Shown here: one piece after another, positions 22,206 through 34,200 of the stretch
Layout: the number at the start of each line of letters is the position of its first letter
How positions within the stretch are numbered: position 1 is the first letter of the stretch
Source: Balanoglossus misakiensis
Lineage: Eukaryota > Animalia > Hemichordata
NCBI GenBank assembly: GCA_040954595.2
Contig: CM082593.2
Span: 4,543,434-4,607,433 of the forward strand
Reading direction: 5' to 3'
Length of the DNA: 64,000 nucleotides
Program-made: the position numbers and the translations under genes
Notes under the pieces: generated by a model
What the model saw: only the letters and a program-made list of their open reading frames with translations
Database searches by the model: none
What the model was told of the DNA's origin: nothing

Positions 22206-25200
22206 GACATTTTTCTTATTTTGCATTTTTATTTCATTTCTCTGGCCGTCTATTAATTTTAAGTACAAGACGTAAGATTAGGTTTGTTGACAGGTACCTG
22301 AAAATGTTTCAGCGAGTCGAACAACATGAATATTAAAGGAAAAGATAATAAATATAAGCAAATTGTTGTCAAAAATGAGCGAAATTCCTCCATTAAGAAA
22401 TAATTAAAAAATGAGACCATCCGTATGCGTGTTTAGATTTCCGTGATAATCGGGGTCTCAGATATTTCAAATTTGCATATCTGTGCTTTCTAAAGTCCCC
22501 TACACATGAACGTTGCAATGCGGTCCTTGTCTGACATTCAAGCAATCTGATCGCATATCGGGTATATATCTAGGACACCGTTTATAATATTTAGGTCAAG
22601 CATTGTGTCAAGGTCGCCAAACAAGCCTGGTCGCAAAACGCAGCACTCGGGGAAAGTCATGCGACCCTTTTGAGGATTTCCTTGTAAGCAACTGACATTA
22701 TGTGAATCATGATTACGTTAATCATGATGATTTTCTCAGCGAATTAATCTAAGTAATTTATTTTTGAAGCGAATATGTGAGTTCTCTCATCCCAATCGGG
22801 CGAATAAACTTTAACGTTTGAAACAGTAAGTAGAACACACATCATATAACTAGGCTAAGATCAATCAATCCCATATATGTTGAACAGAGGTCGCTCTGGT
22901 GACAGGTTTGAACCAGGTCGAATTAGCAGAAACATGTATTTTGGAACCAGATGTATTTTAAAAAAAACATTATTTTTATTTTAAGAGATGAACCATTTCA
23001 TAACATGGAGGGCCCACGCTTCAAAGTGTCTGTGTGAAAGTAGTTGACAAAACTTGGGTTCTATGACGCATGACGCGAAATAAAAATATATTAAAGACAG
23101 CCCACGAAAGAGCTATAGCTCTTTACACTACACCAGTAATTGCTTTTGAACTTTGACTAAGCTTCGGGGAGACATGTTAAAATATGTATTTATGGCCAAG
23201 CAAGTTTAAGAAAGATTTTCTATTTTTCCCCAAACTTTTTATTTGGAATACTCCAGTACTTTATCTTTTTCTTGCATACCAACCAGTGGAGGATACGCAT
23301 GCAGTCGGTGCGTTGGTCACGTGTACATAATGTATCACATGACCAGAACCACATCGGGGTCATTGTGGAAATTTGACTTGTGTGGGACGGGTGATTATCC
23401 GAAAAAACAACAACAACAACACAGCATAATTTTAGACCAAATTAACCCCTCCCAAAAGGAGGTGTGAAATTGGAAAAGGTGAGGAGGGAGGGAACTAGAT
23501 CGCTGGTTGTTTGTCCTATAGGTACTATAATGAACAACTAAACTGGGTGTGACGCATTCATTTCTGTGCAGTTGTTGACGTCATCGTTTTGCCTAGGCCT
23601 CCGAGCAGGGTCAACGTGAATTGCTATGGCGACCGCCGGGCACTTGAGTAGAAACCCCCGGTAGAAAAAAAGCGGACTTCATCGCTGGCTTCGAAATCGC
23701 ACAATAAATCAAAGAACGAAATAGCCCTTCTACCTTTCGGTCATCGGCCTGGCTACAGTGACTGTCCTACATTTTTTTAAGTATTGATAGTCGGCGCCAT
23801 ATCCTTGTCTGACCTTCAACCGATCTGAGGCAGAACATTAAAATTCGTAAGAAGGCCTCTGGCCGGAGACCCAAGGATCTTTGGGACTGTAAGGCCTTGC
23901 GCGCCGAACTCGACTGCGTCTTTAAAGTGTTCTGTGGTGCGTGCGTGCATTTGCAGAATGCACTACGAAAAGTCGTTCCACCAAGGGCTTAGTTAGCCTT
24001 GATGTGATTCATGAAATCGCACGATTTGGGGCGTAATCTACCATATATCTATTTGAGTATAATTCAGGGGGCGACGGCGGCAAACTCAATAGTGTCTCGA
24101 ACGCGACGCGACGTGACTCAGGACTATAACAGGGGCATACATAACAACTCTTCAAAGTATTCATTTGTGAAAGAAATTCAGCTCCGTCCATAAATTCACT
24201 CAAGGCTGTACGTGAGCTTTCATCTCATTCCGTCACGTTCTGGATACAAATCGTGAGTGCGTATAGATTACCATGATGGTGTCGTGGACATTTATAAACC
24301 AACGGCTCTCTCGGGGAAACAGCACAGCATGAGATGACCACGGTGTATTGCATATAGAGAGATAAAACCTCGGGTCTCTGAACAGTACAGTATTAAAGTC
24401 TTCTCCGTTGATGCTAAGTAAAGGAATATATATTGCAAATGGTTACAAAAAATTAAGATCATCATAGATTTATATCCCTCGTTGAAATATATACGGTATT
24501 ACTTAGTAGCACAGAAGCATAAAAAAGCCTTGATTTGCGATGACAGCTCCTTCAAAGCCATCAATCATGCCATGCCACATGTAAATTTGAATCCGCGGAA
24601 CGTGACAACAAGCAGGTTTGCCTTGAATTCGTATTGAAAGGTTCGCTGGTTCATTGCATGCACTGTGTTGTTCAGATGGCTGGTCCCCAGAGCGTCGTTC
24701 AGAAACGCCCGGCAATTGTCGTTTGTCACGTACACGCGTTTCAAACTACCCTTGTACAATCGACGATGGTGGTTTATATTGTGATGATATAGACACTTAT
24801 ACTCAAAATAGCACTCATTTATCATGGGTGTCCAAAAAAACTACTAGCTCCTGCCAGAGTTACAAGAAAACGAAAAGAACTTGTCTAGTTGATTAATAAG
24901 GGTTATACAGTCAGAATATACGACTCGTACTCAAGTTGACAGCGCATGCGCCCCAGGCATCACAGTTTAGGATGCAAGGATATGTGGCCAATATATCAGG
25001 GCGCCTTTCTTTTCTTTATTCCAATGTGTTTAACAAAATTGGTAGTTTATTGGGGGAAACGACTTCCAGGACAACTGAAAAGTACACTTAAATATATCAA
25101 ATCACGAGGGGTTTCTGTCCAAAGGTCGGAGTGGCTTTCGGCAACAGCCTTGGAAAAAGGAAAATCTAATACATCAATATGTTGACTCTTCATGTTTTAT

Positions 25201-25787
25201 TTACACATACATAAAATGTATAATATTTTATCAGCTATCATTGCGCGCGGTCATCACTGACACGCAGAGCAGGCCTAGGCCTACATATAATCCACAATTG
25301 TTGTAATATTATATTTTTTTCACTTGATTGCACCAAATCGGTGGACAAATAGAATCGAAAGTTTTCCGAGGGCTGTAGTTGGTGGTGCACGTTACGCCGT
25401 TTATACTTTCGAGGGATTTTAAAAATCTGCCACGAGGTGGCGTGTTTCAAGATGGCGTTTGCATATACATTGTACTGGTATGATGCATAGGACCGGAGCA
25501 CTGATTTGACCTGAAACTCGTTTATACGCCAACTGAATTTCCGACTGGCTTTGATCGGCTTGTGGTCGAACTGAATCTGGGTAGGATTTGTGTGTCGTAT
25601 TACTTTGTCGAAGATTGCCTTGCTGTTACGTTCATGCAGCCATGAAATGAAAGCATCTTGCACAGTCATTTAAAAGCACAAAAATGTAGTAAATAAATCC
25701 TAGAAGCTAGAATGCATACTTTATTTTAATGACACTCAACAGTATTATCGTACCAGCAACAACTATATCTTTTCTTTCTTTCCACAG

Positions 25788-25914
25788 GTATTTTATTACA
25801 TCCTTCTGGGCGTACAAGATCTACTATGTGTACGGTTTTATGTTGCTAGTATTCCTGATCTTAGCCGTAGTTACAGTGTGTGTCACAATTGTATGTACCT
25901 ATTTCCTACTAAAC
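25788..25914 (+). pseudogene. TM9SF3: Orphan, truncated exon of transmembrane 9 superfamily member 3
   Basis: After acceptor TTTCCACAG it encodes [42 protein letters not shown]. This matches the TM9SF3 segment [19 protein letters not shown]...[12 protein letters not shown](AEDYRW) as I recall it. One codon is missing, similarity stops before AEDYR, there is no donor, and I saw no other TM9SF exons. Confidence 0.8.
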
Positions 25915-26955
25915 CTATTTTCTACTCAACTGTCAAGATCGACTAAAGACAAGCCGCAGATCTCCTTCGTGTTTATTTATAAACGATAATGCTGATGAGC
26001 TGAAAGATACTTTTCCAAGAAGACTCAGTAAGCGCTCGCCCTCTTATCACATGGCATACGTCTCTCCAAATTCATCAAAATATTGACTGTATTTTTGTAG
26101 CGAGGGACCCCCCACCCCAAGTAGCATTGCAGATTAGATAATGATCCTGACACCTATGATTAAAAAGTAGCAAACGTTGCTTTTTTTCCCCTTGCCCTGT
26201 AAGACATTTTAGAGCAATACAAGATTAGACCGGTGAATGTTGTAATTTTATCTGAGTAGATGTGCTGACTTTATCCCGGTGTCACTGGCAATATTTTGCA
26301 TTTGCGTGTATCCTTTTCAGTATGTGAGAATTTCAAGCCCCAAGATTATTTGATAAATAAGAATGAAACTCAACTGCTGTTATCTAATTTTGTCATTATA
26401 TGAAGCATTTTGCAAGTTTTCAGTATCTTGTGTTCTTTTACACGTGAATGTTTAAAGTCACAAGATTTTGTGTTGTTCAAAATGAATTCGGATCATAGAT
26501 ACAAATAAAAGGTTGATTGAAGATGGCTTTTTTTCACCGAGTCTGAAAGATTCTGTCGACAAAATATTTAAAATGAAGATTTCCTACAAGGTTACAGTTG
26601 ACGGATATTATTTATTGTAGATTGTCTTACTTGAAATCATTGTTGCTTGCTCTTCAAAGTTTATTAGTGTGGTGTCTACCAGAGAAGAAATTCAACCAAA
26701 ATTTTGAAAATTACACTTTGTAGATTATTAAAAAACATGCTTATGTAATGTGCTAAAATGTAAAAAAAATGTTCATGTCGATTGTTATTCTTCAATATAG
26801 CATATGGAATGTATTTTGCTAAGAGGGCACACTTCAGATAAATGTGTGGTGCTCGAAGTACAATGTAGGAATAAAAATTAATTACAAAATTCTATCTTGT
26901 ATCTATCATATTTTCTGAGTTTTCGGTTTGTGGTACATTTTCCACCTCATCCTCA

Positions 26956-27143
26956 GCGAAGTCGGAAAATGGTCGATTTTGACAAATTTCCTGATCTATA
27001 ACCCATGCAAAATGACAAGAAACGACAAAATGACCAAACTTCGCAAAGTCGGAAAATGGTCGATTTTGAACAATTTTCATGCGCTATAACCCATGAAAAA
27101 TGACAACAAACGACAAAATGACCGAAATTCGCAAAGTCGGAAA
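26956..27143 (+). repeat. ~2 strongly diverged copies of the 88-bp satellite (outermost layer)
   Basis: AAGTCGGAAAATGGTCGATTTTG...CTATAACCCATG...TTCGCAAAGTC recurs at ~87-88 bp period and shares core motifs with the main monomer. Confidence 0.75.
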
Positions 27144-27216
27144 GCTCTTGCTGACCGTGGTGCTAACGGACATTTTTTGGCCCTGAGAACGACGCTGTTG
27201 CTGACCGTGGTGCTTT

Positions 27217-27966
27217 AGAAATTATCAAAATTTCTTCATTTTTTTGAAAAAAACCATGGGTTATAGCTCATGAAAATCATCCCAAACTGACAATTTTTCG
27301 ACTTTGCGAAATATCTAAATTTCTTCATTTTTTTTTTAAAAACCATGGGTTATAGCTCATGAAAATCATCCCAAAATGACAATTTTTCGACTTTGCGAAA
27401 TATCAAAATTTCTTCTTTTTTTTTGAAAAAACCATGGGTTATAGCTCATGAAAATCATCCCAAAATGACAATTTTTCGACTTTGCGAAATATCAAAATTT
27501 CTTCATTTTTTTTTAAAAACCATGGGTTATAGCTCATGAAAATCATCCCAAAATGACAATTTTTCGACTTTGCGAAATATCAAAATTTCTTCATTTTTTT
27601 TGAAAAAAACATGGGTTATAGCTCATAAAAATCATCCCAAAATGACAATTTTTCGACTTTGCGAAATATCAAAATTTCTTCATTTTTTTGAAAAAACCAT
27701 GGGTTATAGCTCATGAAAATCATCCCAAAATGACAATTTTTCGACTTTGCGAAATATCAAAATTTCTTCATTTTTTTAAAAAAAACCATGGGTTATAGCT
27801 CATGAAAATCATCCCAAAATGACAATTTTTCGACTTAGCGAAATATCAAAATTTCTTCATTTTTTTGAAAAAACCATTGGTTATAACTCATGAAAATCAT
27901 CCCAAAATGACAATTTTTCGACTTTGCGAAATATCAAAATTTCTTCATTTTATTTTAAAAACCATG
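27217..27966 (-). repeat. 88-bp satellite, diverged subfamily, ~8.5 copies, inverted relative to the adjacent main array
   Basis: Unit CCATGGGTTATAGCTCATGAAAATCATCCCAAAATGACAATTTTTCGACTTTGCGAAATATCAAAATTTCTTCATTTTTTTGAAAAAA with variable T/A tract lengths. Confidence 0.93.
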
Positions 27967-28210
27967 CATTCGTGAGGGAAATCTCCATACCCCCTCTACC
28001 CCCAATTCCACAGAAGTAAGTAACTAGTTTCGTGAAGATAGAAATGAACCACATATGTGCAATCGGGTATCTCACGATCCGTCCCCAGGCACGGCGAATG
28101 ACGTCATTTTTTATCTATTTTCTGCAGGTTTACCATGTCAACAAGGTCAACGAGTCAAGCTCCAGTCACCGGCGGTGCAGAACAGGAGAAGTGGGACAAA
28201 TGGCCTGAAT

Positions 28211-31200
28211 ATTCGCAAAGTCGGAAAATTGTCATTTTTTGATGATTTTCATGAGCTATAACCAATGATTTGTTTTAAAAAATGAAGAAATTTTGAAAAT
28301 TCGCAAAGTCGGAAAATTGTCATTTTCTGATTATTTTCATGACCTGTAACCCATGATTTTTTTTAAAAATAAAGAAATTTTGAAAATTCGCAAAGCCGAA
28401 AAATTGTCATTTTTTGATGATTTTCAAGAGCTATAACCCATGGTTTTTTCAAAAAAATGAAAAAATTTCGATATTTCGCAAAGTCGAATAATTGTCATTT
28501 TGGGATGATTTTCATGAGCTATAACCCATGGTTTTTTCAAAAAAATGAAGAAATTTTGATATTTCGCAAAGTCGAAAATTGTCATTTTGGGATGATTTTC
28601 ATGAGCTATAACCCATGGTTTTTATCGAAAAATCACCAAATTTTGAAATTTCGCGAAGTCGAAAAATTGACATTTCTGGATGATTTTCATGAGCTATAAC
28701 CCATGGTTTTTATCGAAAAATCACCAAATTTTGAAATTTCGCAAAGTCGAAAAATTGACATTTCTTGATGATTTTCATGGGCTATAAACCATGGTTTTTG
28801 TCGAAAAACCACCAAATTTTGAAAATTCGCGAAGTCGAAAAATTGACATTTCTATATGATTTTCATGGGCTATAACCCATGGTTTTTGTCGAAAAACCAC
28901 CAAATTTTGAAAATTCGCGAAGTCGAAAAATTGACATTTCTGGATGATTTTCATGGGCTATAACCCATGGTTTTTGTCGAAAAACCACCAAATTTTGAAA
29001 ATTCGCGAAGTCGAAAAATTGACATTTCTGGATGATTTTCATGTGCTATAACCCATGGTTTTTGTCGAAAAACCACCAAATTTTGAAAATTCGCGAAGTC
29101 GAAAAATTGACATTTCTGGATGATTTTCATGGGCTATAACCCATGTTTTTTGTCGAAAAACCACCAAATTTTGAAAATTCGCGAAGTCGAAAAATTGACA
29201 TTTCTGGATGATTTTCATGGGCTATAACCCATGGTTTTTGTCGAAAAACCACCAAATTTTGAAAATTCGCGAAGTCGAAAAATTGACATTTCTGGATGAT
29301 TTTCATGGGCTATAACCCATGGTTTTTGTCGAAAAACCACCAAATTTTGAAAATTCGCGAAGTCGAAAAATTGACATTTCTGGATGATTTTCATGGGCTA
29401 TAACCCATGGTTTTTGTCGAAAAACCACCAAATTTTGAAAATCCGGGAAGTCGAAAAATTGACATTTCTGGATGATTTTCATGGGCTATAACCCATGGTT
29501 TTTGTCGAAAAACCACCAAATTTTGAAAATTCGCGTAGTCGAAAAATTGACATTTCTGGATGATTTTCATGGGCTATAACCCATGGTTTTTGTCGAAAGA
29601 CCACCAAATTTTGAAAATTCGCGAAGTCGGAAAATTGACATTTCTGGATGATTTTCATGGGCTATAACCCATGGTTTTTGTCGAAAAACCACCAAATTTT
29701 GAAAATTCGCGAAGTCGAAAAATTGACATTTCTGGATGATTTTCATGGGCTATAACCCATGGTTTTTATCGAAAAATCACCAAATTTTGAAATTTCGCGA
29801 AGTCGAAAAATTGACATTTCTGGATGATTTTCATGAGCTATAACCCATGGTTTTTATCGAAAAATCACCAAATTTTGAAATTTCGCGAAGTCGAAAAATT
29901 GACATTTCTTGATGATTTTCATGGGCTATAACCCATGGTTTTTGTCGAAAAACCACCAAATTTTGAAAATTCGCGAAGTCGAAAAATTGACATTTCTGGA
30001 TGATTTTCATGGGCTATAACCCATGGTTTTTGTCGAAAAACCACCAAATTTTGAAAATTCGCGAAGTCGAAAAATTGACATTTCTGGATGATTTTCATGG
30101 GCTATAACCCATGGTTTTTGTCGAAAAACCACCAAATTTTGAAAATTCGCGAAGTCGAAAAATTGACATTTCTGGATGATTTTCATGGGCTATAACCCAT
30201 GGTTTTTGTCGAAAAACCACCAAATTTTGAAAATTCGCGAAGTCGAAAAATTGACATTTCTGGATGATTTTCATGGGCTATAACCCATGGTTTTTGTCGA
30301 AAAACCACCAAATTTTGAAAATTCGCGAAGTCGAAAAATTGACATTTCTGGATGATTTTCATGGGCTATAACCCATGGTTTTTATCGAAAAATCACCAAA
30401 TTTTGAAATTTCGCGAAGTCGAAAAATTGACATTTCTGGATGATTTTCATGAGCTGTAACCCATGGTTTTTATCGAAAAATCACCAAATTTTGAAATTTC
30501 GCGAAGTCGAAAAATTGACATTTCTGGAAGATTTTCATGAGCTATAACCCATGGTTTTTATCGAAAAATCACCAAATTTTGAAATTTCGCAAAGTCGAAA
30601 AATTGACATTTCTGGATGATTTTCATGGGCTATAACCCATGGTTTTTGTCGAAAAACCACCAAATTTTGAAATTTCGCGAAGTCGAAAAATTGACATTTC
30701 TGGATGATTTTCATGGGCTATAACCCATGGTTTTTGTCGAAAAACCACCAAATTTTGAAAATTCGCGAAGTCGAAAAATTGACATTTCTGGATGATTTTC
30801 ATGGGCTATAACCCATGGTTTTTGTCGAAAAACCACCAAATTTTGAAAATTCGCGAAGTCGAAAAATTGACATTTCTGGATGATTTTCATGGGCTATAAC
30901 CCATGGTTTTTGTCGAAAAACCACCAAATTTTGAAAATTCGCGAAGTCGAAAAATTGACATTTCTGGATGATTTTCATGGGCTATAACCCATGGTTTTTC
31001 TCGAAAAACCACCAAATTTTGAAAATTCGCGAAGTCGAAAAATTGACATTTCTGGATGATTTTCATGGGCTATAACCCATGGTTTTTGTCGAAAAACCAC
31101 CAAATTTTAAAAATTCGCGAAGTCGAAAAATTGACATTTCTGGATGATTTTCATGGGCTATAACCCATGGTTTTTGTCGAAAAACCACCAAATTTTGAAA

Positions 31201-34200
31201 ATCCGGGAAGTCGAAAAATTGACATTTCTGGATGATTTTCATGGGCTATAACCCATGGTTTTTGTCGAAAAACCACCAAATTTTGAAAATTCGCGAAGTC
31301 GAAAAATTGACATTTCTGGATGATTTTTATGGGCTATAACCCATGGTTTTTGTCGAAAAACCACCAAATTTTGTAAATTCGCGAAGTCGAAAAATTGACA
31401 TTTCTGGATGATTTTCATGGGCTATAACCCATGGTTTTTATCGAAAAATCACAAAATTTTGAAATTTCGCGAAGTCGAAAAATTGACATTTCTGGATGAT
31501 TTTCATGAGCTATAACCCATGGTTTTTATCGAAAATCACAAAATTTTGAAAATTCGCGAAGTCGAAAAATTGACATTTCTTGATGATTTTCATGGGCTAT
31601 AACCCATGGTTTTTGTCGAAAAACCACCAAATTTTGAAAATTCGCGAAGTCGAAAAATTGACATTTCTGGATGATTTTCGTGGGCTATAACCCATGTTTT
31701 TTGTCGAAAAACCACCAAATTTTGAAAATTACCGAAGTCGAAAAATTGACATTTCTGGATGATTTTCATGGGCTATAACCCATGGTTTTTGTCGAAAAAC
31801 CACCAAATTTTGAAAATTCGCGAAGTCAAAAAATTGACATTTCTGGATGATTTTCATGGGCTATAACCCATGGTTTTTGTCGAAAAACCACCAAATTTTG
31901 AAAATCCGGGAAGTCGAAAAATTGACATTTCTGGATGATTTTCATGGGCTATAACCCATGGTTTTTGTCGAAAAACCACCAAATTTTGAAAATTCGCGTA
32001 GTCGAAAAATTGACATTTCTGGATGATTTTCATGGGCTATAACCCATGGTTTTTGTCGAAAAACCACCAAATTTTGAAAACTTGCGAAGTCGGAAAATTG
32101 ACATTTCTGGATGATTTTCATGGGCTATAACCCATGGTTTTTGTCGAAAAACCACCAAATTTTGAAAATTCGCGAAGTCGAAAAATTGACATGATTTTCA
32201 TGGGCTATAACCCATGGTTTTTATCGAAAAATCACCAAATTTTGAAATTTCGCGAAGTCGAAAAATTGACATTTCTGGATGATTTTCATGAGCTATAACC
32301 CATGGTTTTTATCGAAAAATCACCAAATTTTGAAATTTCGCGAAGTCGAAAAATTGACATTTCTGGATGATTTTCATGAGCTATAACCCATGGTTTTTAT
32401 CGAAAAATCACCAAATTTTGAAATTTCGCGAAGTCGAAAAATTGACATTTCTGGATGATTTTCATGAGCTATAACCCATGGCTTTTATCGAAAAATCACC
32501 AAATTTTGAAATTTCGCAAAGTCGAAAAATTGACATTTCTTGATGATTTTCATGGGCTATAATCCATGGTTTTTGTCGAAAAACCACCAAATTTTGAAAA
32601 TTCGCGAAGTCGAAAAATTGACATTTCTGGATGATTTTCATGGGCTATAACCCATGGTTTTTGTCGAAAAACCATCAAATTTTGAAAATTCGCGAAGTCG
32701 AAAAATTGACATTTCTGGATGATTTTCATGGGCTATAACCCATGGTTTTTGTCGAAAAACCACCAAATTTTGAAAATTCGCGAAGTCGAAAAATTGACAT
32801 TTCTGGATGATTTTCATGGGCTATAACCCATGGTTTTTATCGAAAAATCACCAAATTTTGAAATTTCGCGAAGTCGAAAAATTGACATTTCTGGATGATT
32901 TTCATGGGCTATAACCCATGGTTTTTGTCGAAAAACCACCAAATTTTGAAAATTCGCGAAGTCGAAAAATTAACATTTCTGGATGATTTTCATGGGCTAT
33001 AACCCATGGTTTTTGTCGAAAAACCACCAAATTTTGAAAATCCGGGAAGTCGAAAAATTGACATTTCTGGATGATTTTCATGGGCTATAACCCATGGTTT
33101 TTGTCGAAAAACCACCAAATTTTGAAAATTCGCGTAGTCGAAAAATTGACATTTCTGGATGATTTTCATGGGCTATAACCCATGGTTTTTGTCGAAAAAC
33201 CACCAAATTTTGAAATTTCGCGAAGTCGATAAATTGACATTTCTGGATGATTTTCATGGGCTATAACCCATGGTTTTTGTCGAAAAACCACCAAATTTTG
33301 AAAATTCGCGAAGTCGAAAAATTGACATTTCTGGATGATTTTCATGGGCTATAACCCATGGTTTTTATCGAAAAATCACCAAATTTTTAAATTTCGCCAA
33401 GTCGAAAAATTGACATTTCTGGATGATTTTCATGAGCTATAACCCATGGTTTTTATTCGAAAAATCACCAAATTTTGAAAATTCGCGAAGTCGAAAAATT
33501 GACATTTCTGGATGATTTTCATGAGCTATAACCCATGGCTTTTATCGAAAAATCACCAAATTTTGAAATTTCGCAAAGTCGAAAAATTGACATTTCTTGA
33601 TGATTTTCATGGGCTATAATCCATGGTTTTTGTCGAAAAACCACCAAATTTTGAAAATTCGCGAAGTCGAAAAATTAACATTTCTGGATGATTTTCATGG
33701 GCTATAACCCATGGTTTTTGTCGAAAAACCACCAAATTTTGAAAATCCGGGAAGTCGAAAAATTGACATTTCTGGATGATTTTCATGGGCTATAACCCAT
33801 GGTTTTTGTCGAAAAACCACCAAATTTTGAAAATTCGCGTAGTCGAAAAATTGACATTTCTGGATGATTTTCATGGGCTATAACCCATGGTTTTTGTCGA
33901 AAAACCACCAAATTTTGAAATTTCGCGAAGTCGATAAATTGACATTTCTGGATGATTTTCATGGGCTATAACCCATGGTTTTTGTCGAAAAACCACCAAA
34001 TTTTGAAAATTCGCGAAGTCGAAAAATTGACATTTCTGGATGATTTTCATGGGCTATAACCCATGGTTTTTATCGAAAAATCACCAAATTTTTAAATTTC
34101 GCCAAGTCGAAAAATTGACATTTCTGGATGATTTTCATGAGCTATAACCCATGGTTTTTATTCGAAAAATCACCAAATTTTGAAATTTCGCGAAGTCGAA

